A stretch of DNA of 64,000 nt from NCBI GenBank assembly GCA_030390025.1, contig CM059432.1:139874001-139938000 (forward strand), written 5' to 3'. Both the position numbers and the translations under genes were made by a program. Under the pieces are notes generated by a model. That model was not told the origin of the DNA, did no database searches, and was given only the letters and a program-made list of their open reading frames with translations. This DNA comes from Squalus acanthias (Eukaryota). This document shows positions 25,959-39,045 of this stretch, one piece after another. Within the stretch, counting starts at the first letter, position 1; every line of letters starts with the position of its first letter.

Positions 25959-26694
25959 GGGCTGTAATTTGTGGCCCCGACGGGTGCATACGAGGTGCGT
26001 ATGCGCCCGTAGGGGCTGCGCAAGTTCCGGATTTAGGCATTCGCTGCGCATACACTAAAACCCGGAACAGGCAATCATCCGCATCTCAGGGAAAAGGACA
26101 TCCGCGGGCGGAGAGTTGGGCTATTTGCCCAGCGAATGCCCGTGAAATTCTAACGCCTGGTAAAAGCAGGCGTAAGGCCAGCTTTTACCAGCGTAAGAGT
26201 TTAAAAAAAACAGAAAACAAATTTTATCAATAATTTGTACATTTAAAAACCTGTGAAATAAGGTAAGTTTATTTTTAGCCCCATTAAAACATGTAAATTT
26301 ATTTTTCAAAAATTAAATTTTTGTTTTAAATATTTAATTAAATGCCATTTTAATTAATTTTAAATACATGATGGTTTTTTTTTCACTTATGTGAAGTGTA
26401 GATGTATTTTTTCGGATATTCCCATTCATGCTTTATGGGGTTTCCGTACATACGAAATCCCCATAAGCATGAATGGGGATCCCTTTCCGTCATTCGTTGG
26501 GCCGGCCCACATGATCCCAGGGGTGCTCGTGAACCACCTTCGCCACTGGGATACGCGGGCCTCTTCCTGCGAGTACCCGGAGAGGCCCAGGACCGCGAGT
26601 CTCCGTACCTCCCGGACCATCAGGTAGGCGGGCGTTTTATTTGCGGATCGGAGGCATTTCCCCGCAGGAAGCCTCTGACCGCAAATTCAGGGTC
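25959..26694. mobile_element. PIF/Harbinger-like MITE with GC-rich arms and an AT-rich core
   Basis: GGGCTGTAATTTG / CAAATTCAGGGTC ends, ATT TSD; related inverted fragment at about 53750-53968. Confidence 0.75.
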
Positions 26695-26800
26695 ATTATC
26701 TTTGAATTTCAGCATAGAGTGCCTGGTAACAACACCGGGGAAAAGTGTGTGTAAATCTTTTCCATTATTGTCCCATGTGGTAGTGTCGACCTTTTGGATC

Positions 26801-27575
26801 AACAACAACAACTTGTATTTATATAGCGCCTTTAACATAGTAAAACGTCCCAAGGTGCTTCACAGGAGTATTATCAAACAAATGATGCCCAGGAGTTAAA
26901 ATGGCCTGGGCCTCACACCAAGGAGGTCGTGGGAGTTTCCGTCCCACCCTGCACTCCTCCCACTCCTCCAAGTCACACACCATCCTGACTTGGAACTATA
27001 TCGCCATTCCTTCATCGTTGCTGGGTCAAAATCCTGGAACTCCCTCCCTAACAGCACTGTGGGAGTACCTTCACCACACGGACTGCAGCGGTTCAAGAAG
27101 GCGGCTCACCACCACCTTCTCAAGGGCAACTAGGGATGAGCAATAAATGCTGACCTTGCCAGTGACGCCCACATCCCATGAACGAATAAAAAAAAAAAAT
27201 TTGACACCAAGCCACATAAGGAGAAATTAGGGCAGATGACCAAAAGCTTGGTCAAAGAGGTAGGTTTTAAGGAGCGTCTTAAAGGAGGAAAGAGAGGTAG
27301 AGAGGCGGACAGGTTTAGGGAGGGAATTCCAGAGTTTAGGGTGTTGGCAGCTGAAGACTTGGCCGCCAATGGTTGAGTGATTCAAAGTAGGGATGCTCAA
27401 GAGGCCAGAATTAGAGGAGCATAGATATCTGGTGGGGTGGGGGAGGGGGGGGGGGGTGCGGCTGGAGGAGATTACAGAGATAGGGAGGGGCAAGGCCATG
27501 GAGGGATTTGCAAACAAGGATGAGAATTTTAAAATCGAAGCATTGCTTAACCGGGATCCAATGTAGGCCAGCGAT
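26801..27575 (-). mobile_element. L2 3' fragment interrupted by a + strand LINE 3' end (about 26883-27198)
   Basis: KLWNSLPK..FKTLLKTYLF; the insert matches 46720-46930 and ends in poly(A). Confidence 0.85.
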
Positions 27576-27647
27576 ATGGAATTACATCCGCAGCAGCTCT
27601 TGCATTCGTGACAAAAGCTGCCTGGTTTAAATGGTGTTCAACATTGC

Positions 27648-28797
27648 ACGGGGGGGTGGGAGAGGTACGGTGTGGGGGGTGTGGGAGAGGTGCGGGGTGG
27701 GGGGTGTGGGAGAGGTGCAGGGTGGGGGGGTGGGAGAGGTGCGGGGTGGGGGGGGTGGGAGAGGTGCGGGGTGGGGGGGGGGTGGGAGAGGTGCGGGGTG
27801 GGGGAGAGGGAGAGGTGCGGATTGGGGGGGTGGGAGAGGTGTGGGGCGGGGGGGTGGGGGGTGGGAGGGGTGCGGTGTGGGAGAGGTGCGGATTGGGGGG
27901 GTGGGAGAGGCGGGGGGTGGGGGGTGGGAGGGGTGCGGTGTGGGAGAGGTGCGGGATGGGGGGGTGGGAGAGGTGCGGATTGGGGGGGGTGGGAGAGGTG
28001 CGGGGCGGGGGGTGGGAGGGGTGCGGTGTGGGAGAGGTGGGGGGTGGGGGGTGTGGGGGGGGTGGGGGGTGTGGGAGGGGTGCGGTGTGGGAGAGGTGCG
28101 GATTGGGGGGGTGGGAGAGGTGCGGGGCGGGGGTGGGAGAGGTGCGGGGCGGGGGTGGGAGGGGTGCGGTGTGGGAGAGGTGCGGGGTGGAGGGTATGGG
28201 AGAGGTGGGGGGTGTGGGAGAGGTGCGGGGTGGGGAGGTGCGGTGTGGGAGAGGTGTGGAGTGGGGGGGGTGGGAGAGGTACGGGGCGGGGGTGGGAGAG
28301 GTGCGGGGCGGGGTGGGAGGGGTGCGGTGTGGGAGAGGTGCGGGGTGGAGGGTGTGGGAGAGGTGGGGGGTGTGGGAGAGGTGCGGGGTGGGGAGGTGCG
28401 GTGTGGGAGAGGTGTGGAGTGGGGGGGTGGGAGAGGTGCGGGGTGGGGGGTGTGGGAGAGGTGTGGAGTGGGGGGGGTGGGAGAGGTACGGGGCGGGGGT
28501 GGGAGGGGTGCGGTGTGGGAGAGGTGCGGGGTGGAGGGTGTGGGAGAGGTGCGGGGTGGGGGGGTGGGAGAGGTGCGGATTGGGGGGGGTGGGAGAGGTG
28601 CGGGGCGGGGGGTGGGAGGGGTGCGGTGTGGGAGAGGTGCGGGGTGGGGGGTGTGGGAGAGGTGCGGGGTGGGGGGGTGCGGTGTGGGAGAGGTGTGGAG
28701 TGGGGGGGTGGGAGAGGTGCGGGGTGGGGGGTGTGGGAGAGGTGTGGAGTGGGGGGGTGGGAGAGGTACGGGGTGGGGGTGGGAGGGGTGCGGAGTG
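27648..28797 (+). repeat. G-rich degenerate minisatellite (about 20-nt unit GTGGGAGAGGTGCGGGG..)
   Basis: Directly visible tandem units with extreme G strand skew. Confidence 0.95.
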
Positions 28798-29402
28798 GGA
28801 CAGAAACTCCCACGATCTCCTCGGTGTGAGGCCCAGGCCATTTTAACACCCGGGCCTCATTTACATTTCTCCGCACTGTCTCCTGCTCGGAGCTGCAGGA
28901 GCGGCGTAAGAGCTGGCGGGCGGGAGCGGGAGATCGGATGGGAGGCTGACGCCACCGGGAACCCAAGGGAACGATTCCATGCGAGATAAGAGGAGGGAGT
29001 TGTCCTGGGCTGATTGTGGCCAGAGGTGGGGAGGAGGGAAAGCCAGCAGGGAGAGGATGCCCAACGTTTCCCTGTTGGACCAGGAGGAGCACACCTGCAC
29101 CTCTTGCACTACAAGCAGCCTCATGAAAAACTTTTTAAAAAACTTGCCTGCGCCTCTTCTGGCCCAATGCTGATTGCCGCCGGCTTTTGCTGGCTGGTTT
29201 GGCACTGTGCGGGCCTCCCAATCCTGGGAGTTAAAAACTTCGCCATTCTAATTAGACTCCCCGCTCCCCTGGGGCAGGCGGCTGTACTGGCATGATTTCA
29301 GGTCAGTTAAGATGGTGGGGTGGCGGAACACATCAGGAACGCAGGGCAATCCCCCCCACCTGCACTGTTCCTACCTGGCGTGGAGGGGGTTAAAATGCTA
29401 CC
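28790..29402. mobile_element. MITE-like element, left end lost in the G-rich array
   Basis: Right end GGGGTTAAAATGCTACC and TTTTAAC motifs as in the other MITEs. Confidence 0.5.
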
Positions 29403-31996
29403 TATAGTCTCCTACAGCAGTGGGTAATAAGATGCTTACAACAAAGTATTAAAAAGCTATGAGTAAAGATTCACAGAAACCAAACATGCCTAAATTACAG
29501 CTCAACCATCACAGGCATATTTATTTTCTTAAGCTAAAATAATGAGAAACAAATTCTAATACTCTGTTTCTAATGTCAGTGGGTCCCGTTATACTGTATA
29601 TAATGACTTCACCTCTGAAATGTTTCTGTGTTTTATAGGTGCAATGTGATAGTTAAGAAAAAATACTACGATGGGTGGAAAAAGATGTACAGCAAAATCA
29701 CTGGAACCAGTGAGTAATCTGCATATCAATGTAGTTCTCATTTTAAATTAATTTTTGCATCTAATTTCTATCATATTAAATGCTTACCCAATCATTTGGT
29801 GCAAAGAAAATACATGATGTTAAACCGTGGGATATGATTTGTGTTCCAGTCATGGAACTGACCTGATAATTCGAGCACCTATTACAGAAACTGCCTCCTT
29901 TAAGTCAACTGGCAGCTTGCTGATCCGCAATACCAGTCTTACGCCTGAGCTCCAAGTTGAAAACCTACCCCAGTATTTCATACTTTCAATTTATGAAACT
30001 TATAAATATTTGCCAGCAGTAAAAAGTGATGGCATTATGCCAGAGGTCTCTGCTTTAAATAGTTCTGAAGACCATCACCTTTCACTGCTGCTACACTCAT
30101 TCCTTAACTACTTGCCTCCATCATGCAACTGGATTCCAACATATGACGGTGAACCATGGGTCGCTTGTTTTATTTTTCTTATTGTCTTGTTATCTCATGA
30201 GACTAGCCCTTGCATTTTTTAATGATGATCACCAATATACTAAAGAGGAACGTTTAGTGTAGGATTTACCCTATCGCAGTTCAGCCTTTTGGTTACGATA
30301 GGGAATTCCCTCCCTAAACCTCGCTGCCTCTCTCTCCTCCTTTAAGACACTCCTTAAAACCTACCTCCTTGACCTGTCCTATTATCTCCTAATGTGGCTC
30401 AGTGTCAATTTTTGTTTGATAATCGCTCCTGTGAAGCGCCTTAGGATATTTTGCGCTATAGAAATACAAGTTGTTGTTGTTGTTAAGGATTTACCTGATG
30501 TAATTACCTGGGAATTACAATTTAGAAAGAAAACTATTGACTCAGCAGTTGAAAAATCCCAGCTACAGGGTTCCACAGTGTAACAGTGAGTTCATCCATT
30601 TCAGGAGAGCAGATACACTCGTCTGATGCAGCCCGAGAGGATCCCTTTTCACTAACTCTGATATTAATTTAACACTGAGTTTATATACTAATCGCTTCCA
30701 GTGTCCACTAAGCATTTTCTGGAAAATAGTTCTAAAAATCTGTTCAGAAAATCTTAGAATAAATTCAGTCCAACAGTAAGGATGAGAATTAATCCTCTAA
30801 TGAGTTGCAGAAAGACCTGTTGTGGAGGTGTCTACACTTTGCCAGGTAGCTCCAGCAAGACAAAACCTATGGAAGAGTTTGTGAATTAGCATATACTAAT
30901 AGATCATACAAGTATACATGAACATAAACAAAGCTGTCCGGATTTTACTTAGCCTTAGTCACTGTCAAGGTAACTTCCCTTTTGTTCAGTAGCTCAAGGA
31001 GACTGTTGACCTTTGGAACGACTGGTGCAGAAAATTTGAGTAGTCTCCCAGTCTAAATAAACACGCCTTCTAAAATGCATAAAATGAATCACAATCCACT
31101 TTCCAGTAATCATTGTCAGAATCAGTGAGCACGTTGGTCTTCAGATTATCATCAGCTGGACCTAATCCTATGCAGCCTGAATAGTCGTTATCCTAATTTA
31201 CCTTTTATTGGGATTTATCAGCGATTTCCTGCGCGTGTGTGTGCACTTCTGCTAAATAAATGGCCTGGTATGGAAGGCAGGAACAAAAGATCGCCAACGA
31301 CATTCACAATTATCATTGTGTGATGGTGCTCAAGATTACAATGGGGATAGTCCAAAGGAGGTGCAGTAGGCACTGGTCTGTTGGGGTTCCTCGGATCATG
31401 ACTTCGTTTTTGCTGTCTGTGCAAAAATAATAACCGCACCCCTCCCCCACTGCAACTTCTTTGCCCTTCTGGGGTAAAGTCTGTTGTTTTATTATTGAAA
31501 GAAACACTGAATATTCAGCTACGTTAAAAGAAGTGAAGGGATCTCCAATCCACGTTAAGGTGTGAGCTGGAGAAGAAAAAAGACATTAAGGGGTATATGT
31601 CTTGGGTGGTAGTGAATCGGCAGCGCGTTTTATACTTCAGCTGACTTTCTTTACCGTTGACTACCGCCCAAAACGAATATTTAAATGACAAAAAATTTAA
31701 ATCCTACCATCCTTCCAAATTGCGACAAAACATCTGTCTGGATTCTACACTAATGAGGGCGCAACTCCAGATGTATCCACTAGGAGAAAATAAGTGCCAT
31801 AGTGATGGAGAGGAAATGAAAGAAAACAAAATAGCCCTTAAAAAAGCATGAGAGTAACTGAAATATTTAAACTTGCAGCCACCCTTTTCAATTTTTAAAT
31901 TTATTACGAATTTGTTATTTGTTTTATTTCTTAGTCCATGAAGGCAGCCACACCACACTGCTCAGGATAAGATTTCAGTCCGATATCTGTAACACA

Positions 31997-32266
31997 GGGG
32001 GCGATTTTAACCCTACTCGCTCAGCAGAAAGGTGGCGGGTGGGCAGTTAAAATCACCCCGGCTCTTACCTGTCTGAAAGCCGCCATGATGGCAACATCTG
32101 CAATTTTAACCTGCTCTCCTGAGCAGGCAGCAAGGACAGGCGCCCGGAGCCAACGGGGTCCTTCTTTACATGTGCGTGTTGCGGCCCGTTGACAACATTG
32201 AGACCCGCCTGTAATTTTAACTCAGGCCTGAGTGGGGAATCCAACTGGAGTTAAAAATCGGTGCCA
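31997..32266. mobile_element. PIF/Harbinger-like MITE
   Basis: GGGGGCGATTTTAACCC ... GTTAAAAATCGGTGCC. Confidence 0.6.
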
Positions 32267-32540
32267 CAGCTTCTAATATTTCTCGAAAACATTGTTTAGA
32301 TCAATATTGCGAGTGTTGGCATTGATGGCCCAATGGAGAGAGCATGTTTTATCTGTAGTACTATACTTCATTGACTGTAGAGCGCTTCAGGACATCCTGA
32401 AAGGCGCTATATAAATACAAGTTCTTTCTTTTTTAGTAGGTGATTACCCATAGATCAGTTATATTTGTGTGCTTTGCCAAGATGAGTTTTTCTTTTAAAA
32501 ATACATGCGCCATCATCCACTGTCTAGGCTCACACATAAA

Positions 32541-33384
32541 GGGCTGGATTTTCATTGACCCGTGGAGGCGGGTTTGGAGGCGTGTGGGGGGTTAAAGTTG
32601 CAGATTCGGGGGTCCCGAACCCATCCCGCCCCCAACCCGCCTCCATGCCAGTTTCGCTGGCGGCGGGTACCCAACCTGTGCTGGGAGCCGCCTCCCCGAG
32701 GCGGGAAGGGGATTAGTGACAATTAACTGCCTGTTAACAGGTAGTTAACAGGCAGTTTTTTGCCTAATCCCTATTTTAAAAGCTGAAATGTGGGCTTCCC
32801 GACAGGTCCCAACCACACCAACTTAGCGAGGCGGACCGTGGGTCTGCAGGGGTTGGAGGGGTCGATATGTCCGGTGGGCCGGTGAGTGATGGGTGCATGT
32901 GTGCAGAGGTAAGTGTGTAAGGTAAGTGTAAAGTGTGGGAAAAAGTTTTACTTACCTTAACTTCCTCCTGCAGGTGTCAGCCCTTCAGGTCTCGGGAGTT
33001 AGAAATCTCACCGGCACAAAAAGCAGAAAGGCCGTGGTGCTGTCAAAAGTTTCAGCCTCTGTTTTCTGTGCTGGAATGATTTCTAACTCAGCCTGAGAGG
33101 AAGGACTCAAGTTAGAAGACAGATTGTCAGTGTTTGACAGCTTCACAGAGCTGTCAAACGCTGATATTTCATCTGTCAAAAGCTCTTGACAGATGAAATG
33201 TCAATCTGTGACGTCACCTGTTGCCGGGTGGCCCTTAATTGGCCTGCTGAGCTTGCTGGGCGGGTTCAACAAGGTCAATCAAGTGAAAATGCAGTGGGTT
33301 GGCCACATCTCGATGGAGGCGGGTTTACAACCCAAAAAGTGGGAGTCCCGCCTCCATCACGTCCCCAGTATCAAAATCCAGCCC
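32541..33384. mobile_element. PIF/Harbinger-like MITE
   Basis: Perfect 12-bp TIR GGGCTGGATTTT / AAAATCCAGCCC, AAA TSD. Confidence 0.85.
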
Positions 33385-35921
33385 AAAGAATGGCCAATCA
33401 GATGAGGCACTCGAGGGCCGCTGACCTCCTTGGAGCTGTTCACAGAATGAGTCACCTCCTCCAGGAGGGGGACAAAACTAATGGTCGGGGGTGGGGACAG
33501 AGACTCCTCCATGGAGCTCTTTACTCATCCATTGCGGGCAACAGGCTAGAGCAGTTGCCCTGGAGCGACACAGAGCAAAGGGGATCTTTCATGAATGCAT
33601 CTGCTCAGCATCAGTGTGTTCATTCCTTTTTTATAGTTATCATCTCCCCCCCCCCCCGCAGAGCACTTTTACATTTCCCATCCTCCAATTTCCTTCTCTT
33701 CTCTCCGGAAGGTATTGCTTCACGTTGGGCTATATGATTCTACAGGCCTGTGCAGCCTCCCGGCACCTTGCCCAGGTGCTCTTTCTCTTCATGCGTGAGC
33801 CTAAACAATGATGTTGGCATGCTATTCCCTTGTGAGGAGGGCTTCCCAGCTGAACCTGATCCTGTCTTCACCTCCAGGTCTAAATGCACATGCATAGCCT
33901 CTGGCTAATTATCAGAAGTAGGAACCCCAGCTGATATTTTCCCCTCCCATGGCCAGGATTTAAAAAAAAAATGTTTTTAACGCATCAAAATTCTCCAGTG
34001 TCAGAACTGGTGCAGAGAAGCAAACAATCGAAAACACTTGGTGTATTAGTGCTTCTGTAATTATTTCTGATGTTCCTTGTGGCTCAGTAAAAGGTACAGG
34101 AGCTAGGCTGGGCACAGGTTTGATCTTTCATACAGCTGAATTTTCTGATTTCAGCTATGTCACCGTTAGGAAGGTGCCGAGCAGCAGAAAAGCACTGGGC
34201 TATAAATTGGTCAGGCCCCGAAAACAAGTGCGAGGATCGCGATGCGCGATTAACCCCCGCCCGTTGAGTGGAATGCAGGCAGCATGCCAATTTCAAGCTG
34301 CCTGCTCATTATAATGATTTCTGCGTGCAGCCAGTGCTTCATTAGCTGCATGCATCAGCAGCGGGGCCCGATATTGTTGGTAACTTGCACTTCTTAAAGC
34401 TAGCCTGCACCTCTTAAAGGGGAGGTGCACTGTGGCTGCAGCAAGTGCTGGGAGTCGTCTGCAACTGAATGTGACCTGGCAAAGAGAGTTCAGTGGCTGA
34501 CCATGGGAGAGCGTGGGCCCCCAGGTTTTCGGACGCTGCACTGGAGGTCTTAGTGGAGGAGGTGGAAAGGAGAAGAGATGTCCTGTATCCCCAGGGGGGC
34601 AGGAGGCCCTCCAGACACATGATGAGAAGGCAATGGGAACAGATAGCCGCGGAGGTCAATGCCAGGAGTATAGCACCAAAGACCTGGATGCAGTGCTGGA
34701 AGAAGTTTAATGATCTCACATGTGTGGTCAAGGTCAGTGAATGCATCTTCAAATGCCATATCCTACCAACTGCACCACTAATCTCAACCACTGCTCAATT
34801 CACCATACCCCCATCACTTGCCTACCAGGAAGAAGGTCAGGAAAGCAATAGTGATAGGGGATTCAATAGTTAGGGGAGCAGACAGGTGTTTCTGAGGCTG
34901 CAGACGTGATTCCAAGATGGTATGTTGCCTCCCTGGTGCCAGGGTCAAGGATGTCACTGAGCGGCTGCAGGACATTCTGAGGGGGGAGGGTGAACAGCCA
35001 GAGCTCGGGGTCCATATCGGTACCAACAACATAGGTAGAAAGAGGGATGAGGCCCTGCAGGCAGATTTTAGGGAGCTAGGAAAGTGATTAATAAGCAGGA
35101 TCTCTGGATTACTTCCGGTGCCACGCGCTAGTGAGTACAGAAATAAGAGGATAGAGCAGATGAATGTGTGGCTGGAGAGATGGTGCAGGAGGGAGGGCTT
35201 TAGACTCCTGGGGGAGGTGGGACCTGTACAAGCTGGACGGGTTGCACCTCAACAGGGCTGACACCAATATCCTGCCGGGAGGTTTGCTAGTGCTGTTGGG
35301 GAGGGTTTAAACTAGCTTGGCAGGGGGATGGGAACCTGAGCGTAGATTCAGAAGGGAGAGAAACAAAGCTGGAAATGGAAGGCAGAAAATTAGCAAGTGG
35401 GTTTGGAAGCCAGAGGAAACAAAGGCTAGAAAATAGATAACAAAGGAGTTTGGCAGTATTTAATTGTATATACTTCAATGCAAGGAGCCTAGTGAATAAG
35501 GCAGATGAGCTGAGGGCAGAGATAGACACGTGGAAGTATGATATAGCTATTACTAAAACATGGCTGAAAGAAGGGCAGGAATGGCAGCTCAACATTCCTG
35601 GTTGCAGGGTTTTCAGACGAGATAGAGAGGGGAATAAAAAAGGAGGGGGGTTCGCAATATTGCTTAAAGAAACAATTACAGCTGTGAGGAGGATTGATAT
35701 GTTAGAAGGATCATCAAATGAGGCGATATAGGTTGAACTGAAGAACAAAAAAGGGGCAGTCACACTGCTGGTAGTGTACTATAGACCCCCAAACAGTCAG
35801 AGGGAGATAGAAGAGCAAATATGTAGGCAAATTTCTTAGAAATGTAAAAACAATAGTAATAGTTGGGGATTTCAACTACCCTAAATATTAACTGGGATAG
35901 AATCAGTGTAAAAGGTATAGA

Positions 35922-36358
35922 GAAAGAAAGACTTGCATTTATATAGCGCCTTTCATGACCACCGGACATCTCAAAGCGCTTTACAGCCAATGAAGTACTT
36001 TTGGAGTGTAGTCAATATTGTAGTGTGGGAAATTTGCACACAGCAAGCTCCCACAAACAGCAATGTGATAATGATCAGATAATCTGTTTTTGTTATGTGG
36101 ATTGAAGGATAAATATTGGCCAGGACACTGCAGATAACTTCCTTGCTCTTCTTCGAAATAGTGCCTTGGGATCTTTTCCGTCTACCTGAGAGAGCAAACA
36201 GGGCCTCGGTTTAATGTCTCATCCGAAAGACGGCACCTCTTAACACTGCACTGGAGTGTTAGCCTAGATTTATGTGCTCAAGTCCCTGGAGTGGGACTTA
36301 AACCTACAACCGTCTGACTCAGAGGCAAGTGTGCTGCCCACTGAGCCACAGCTGACAC
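35922..36358 (-). mobile_element. near full-length DeuSINE (SacSINE1-like) nested in CR1
   Basis: tRNA head GTGGCTCAGTGG..GGTTTAAGTCCC, Deu-domain, L2-like tail. Confidence 0.85.
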
Positions 36359-38130
36359 TAAGGGCGCAGAATTCTTAAAATGCAATCAGGAGAACCTTTT
36401 TAGTTGGTACGTAGCAAGCCCAACAAGATAGGGGGCAGTTCTGGACTTAGTTTTAGGGAATGAAGCTGGGCACTGGAAGGAGTATCAATGGTAGAGCAAT
36501 TTGCCGCTAGTGATCATTATTCAGTTAGATTTAGCATAGTTATGGAAAAGGGCAAAGTTGGACCAGGAGTAAAAGTTCTCAATTGGGGAAAGGCCAATTT
36601 TACTAAGCTGAGATGTGATTTAGCAAATGTGAACTGGAAACAGCTACTTGAAGGTAAATCAATGTCAGAGCAGTGGGAGACATTTAAGGAGGAGATAGTG
36701 AGGGCTCGGAGCAAATATGTTCCCACAAAGAAAAAGGGCGGGACTCCCAAATCTAGAGCCCCCTGGATGTCAAGGAGCATACAGGATAGGAGAAGGAAAA
36801 AAAGGGAAGCTTTTGTCAGATACCGAGAGCTCAATACTGCAGAAAGCCTAGAAGAGTTTAGAAAGTTCAGGGGTGAAATTAAAAAGGAAATTAGGAAAGC
36901 AAAGAGAGGGCATGAAAAAATATTGGCAAGTAAAATCAAGGAAAATCCAAAGATGTTTTATAAATACATGAAGAGCAAGAGGATAACTAAAGAAAGAGTA
37001 GGGCCTATCAGAGACCAAAAAGGTAACCCATGTGTGGAGGCGAAGGTGTGGGTTCTTAATGAATACTTTGCGTCTATCTTCACAAAAGAGAGGGACGATG
37101 CTGACATTGTAGTTAAGGAGGAGGAGTGTGAAATATTAGATGAGATAAACATAGTGAGAGAGGAAATATTAAGGGTTTAGCATCTTTGAAAGTAGATAAA
37201 TCGCCAGGCCCAGATGAAATGTATCCCAGGCTGTTAAGAGAAGCAAGGGAGGAAATAGCGGAGGCTCTGGCCATCATTTTCCAATCCTCTCTGGCTACAG
37301 GCGTGGTGCTGAAGGACTGATAATGTGGTACTGTTGCTTAAAAAGGGAGAAAGGGATAGACCGAGTAATTACAGGCCAGTCACTCAAGAGGAGTATAGAA
37401 AGTGCAGGGGCAAATTGTTGGAAAAAATTCTGAGTAACAGTATTAATCATCATTTAGAAAGGCACAGATTAATCAAGGACAGTCAGCATGGATTTGTTAA
37501 GGGAAGGTCGTGTCTGACTAACTTGATTGAATTTTTTGAGGAGGTAACAAGGAGGGTCAATGAGGGTAGTGCATTTGATGTAGTCTACATGGCTTTTGAC
37601 AAGGCTCCACATGGCAGACTGGTCAGAAAAGTAAAAGCCCATGGGATCCAAGGAAAAGTGGCAATTTGGATCCAAAATTGTTTTTTGTGACTGGAAGGCT
37701 GTTTCCAGTGGGGTTCCGCAGGGCTCAGTACTAGGTCCCTTGCTTTTTGTGGTATATATCAATGATTTAGACTTCAATGTAGGGGGCATGAGTAAGAAGT
37801 TTGCAGATAATACAAAAGTTGGCCGTGTGGTTGATCGTGAGTAAGAAAGCTGTAGACTGCAGGAATATAGCAATGGACTGGTCAGGTGGGCAGAAAAGTG
37901 GCAAATGGAATTCAATCCGCAGAAGTGTGAGGTAATGCATTTGGGGAGGGCTAACTAGGCAAGGAAATAGAAAATAAATGGTAGGATACTGAGAAGTGTA
38001 GAGGAACAGAAGGACCTTGGAGTACATGTCCACAGATCCCTGAAGGTAGCAGGACAGGTAGATAAGGTGGTTAAGAAGGCATACGGGATACTTTCCTTTA
38101 TTAGCCGAGGCATAGAATATAAGAGCAGGG

Positions 38131-38265
38131 AGTTCTGACGAAGGGTCATCGACCTGAAACGTTAACTCTGTTTCTCTCTCCACAGATGCTGCCTGACCTG
38201 CTGAGTATTTCCAGCATTTTCTGTTTTTATTTCAGATTTCCAGCATCCGCAGTATTTTGCTTTTG
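38131..38265 (+). mobile_element. solo Penelope terminal fragment starting at its hammerhead ribozyme (38131-38167)
   Basis: AGTTCTGACGAAGGGTCATCGACCTGAAACGTTAACT; 15-bp TSD TATAAGAGYAGGGAG at 38118-38132 and 38266-38280. Confidence 0.88.
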
Positions 38266-39045
38266 TATAAGAGTAGGGAGGTTATGCTTGAATTGTATAA
38301 AACACTAGTTAGGCCACAGCTAGAGTACTGCGTACAATTCTGGTCACCACATTACAGGAAGGATGTGATTGCACTAGAGAGGGTACAGAGGAGATTTATG
38401 AGGATGTTGCCAGGACTGGAGAATTTTAGCTATGAGGAAAGATTGGATAGGCTGGGGTTGTTTTCTTTGGAACAGAGGAGGCTGAGGGAAGACTTAATTG
38501 AGATGTATAAATTTATGAGGGGCCTAGATAGAGTGGATAGGAAGGACCTATTTCTCGTAGCAGAGAGGTCAATAACCAGGGGGCATAGATTTAAAGTAAT
38601 TGGTAGGAGGTTTAGAGGGGAGGTGAGGAGAACTTTTTTCACCCAGAGGGCGGTGGGGGTCTGGAACTCACTACCTGAAAGGGTGGAGAGGCAGAGACCC
38701 TCATTGCATTTAAAAAGTACCTGGATATGCACTTGAAGTGCCGTAACCGACAGGGCTGCGGACCAAGAGCTGGAAAGTAGAATTAGGCTGGATAGATTTT
38801 TCAGCCGGCAAAGACACGATGGGCCGAATGGCCTCCTTTTGTGCTGTAAATTTCTATGATTCTATGATTCTAATCTCTATCAATCGGGTCTCATACCAAA
38901 CATCATATGCTTCACCTCACCCTCACACACGTAGCACTGTTGCAAGCCTCAAACCCACATCTCAGCTTGCACATGCTGGCAGCTATTCAACCACGACAGC
39001 CACCTCACCTAAACAGATTGCACCACACTTACATACACTCTTCCC

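Larger units (their letters stand above)
34832..38870 (+). mobile_element. CR1 LINE (part of ORF1 esterase plus ORF2 EN-RT), decayed
   Basis: IGDSIVRG and HIGTN esterase motifs; YFNARSLVNKADEL; GVPQGSVLGPLLF; (TTCTATGA)n tail. Confidence 0.93.

Noticed and set aside
27608..29092. Five long ORFs of 385-484 aa
   Set aside because: Open in several frames on both strands only because the G-rich array lacks stop codons; low complexity
29639..29709. Possible + strand exon (ttttatag...gtgagt; CNVIVKKKYYDGWKKMYSKITGT)
   Set aside because: Isolated, with no partner exons or recognisable homology; not supportable without RNA data
34493..34873. Domesticated host gene such as NAIF1 (and HARBI1 at 57 kb)
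   Set aside because: Frameshifts, stops and nested LINEs (plus TIRs around the 34 kb copy) indicate dead transposon copies
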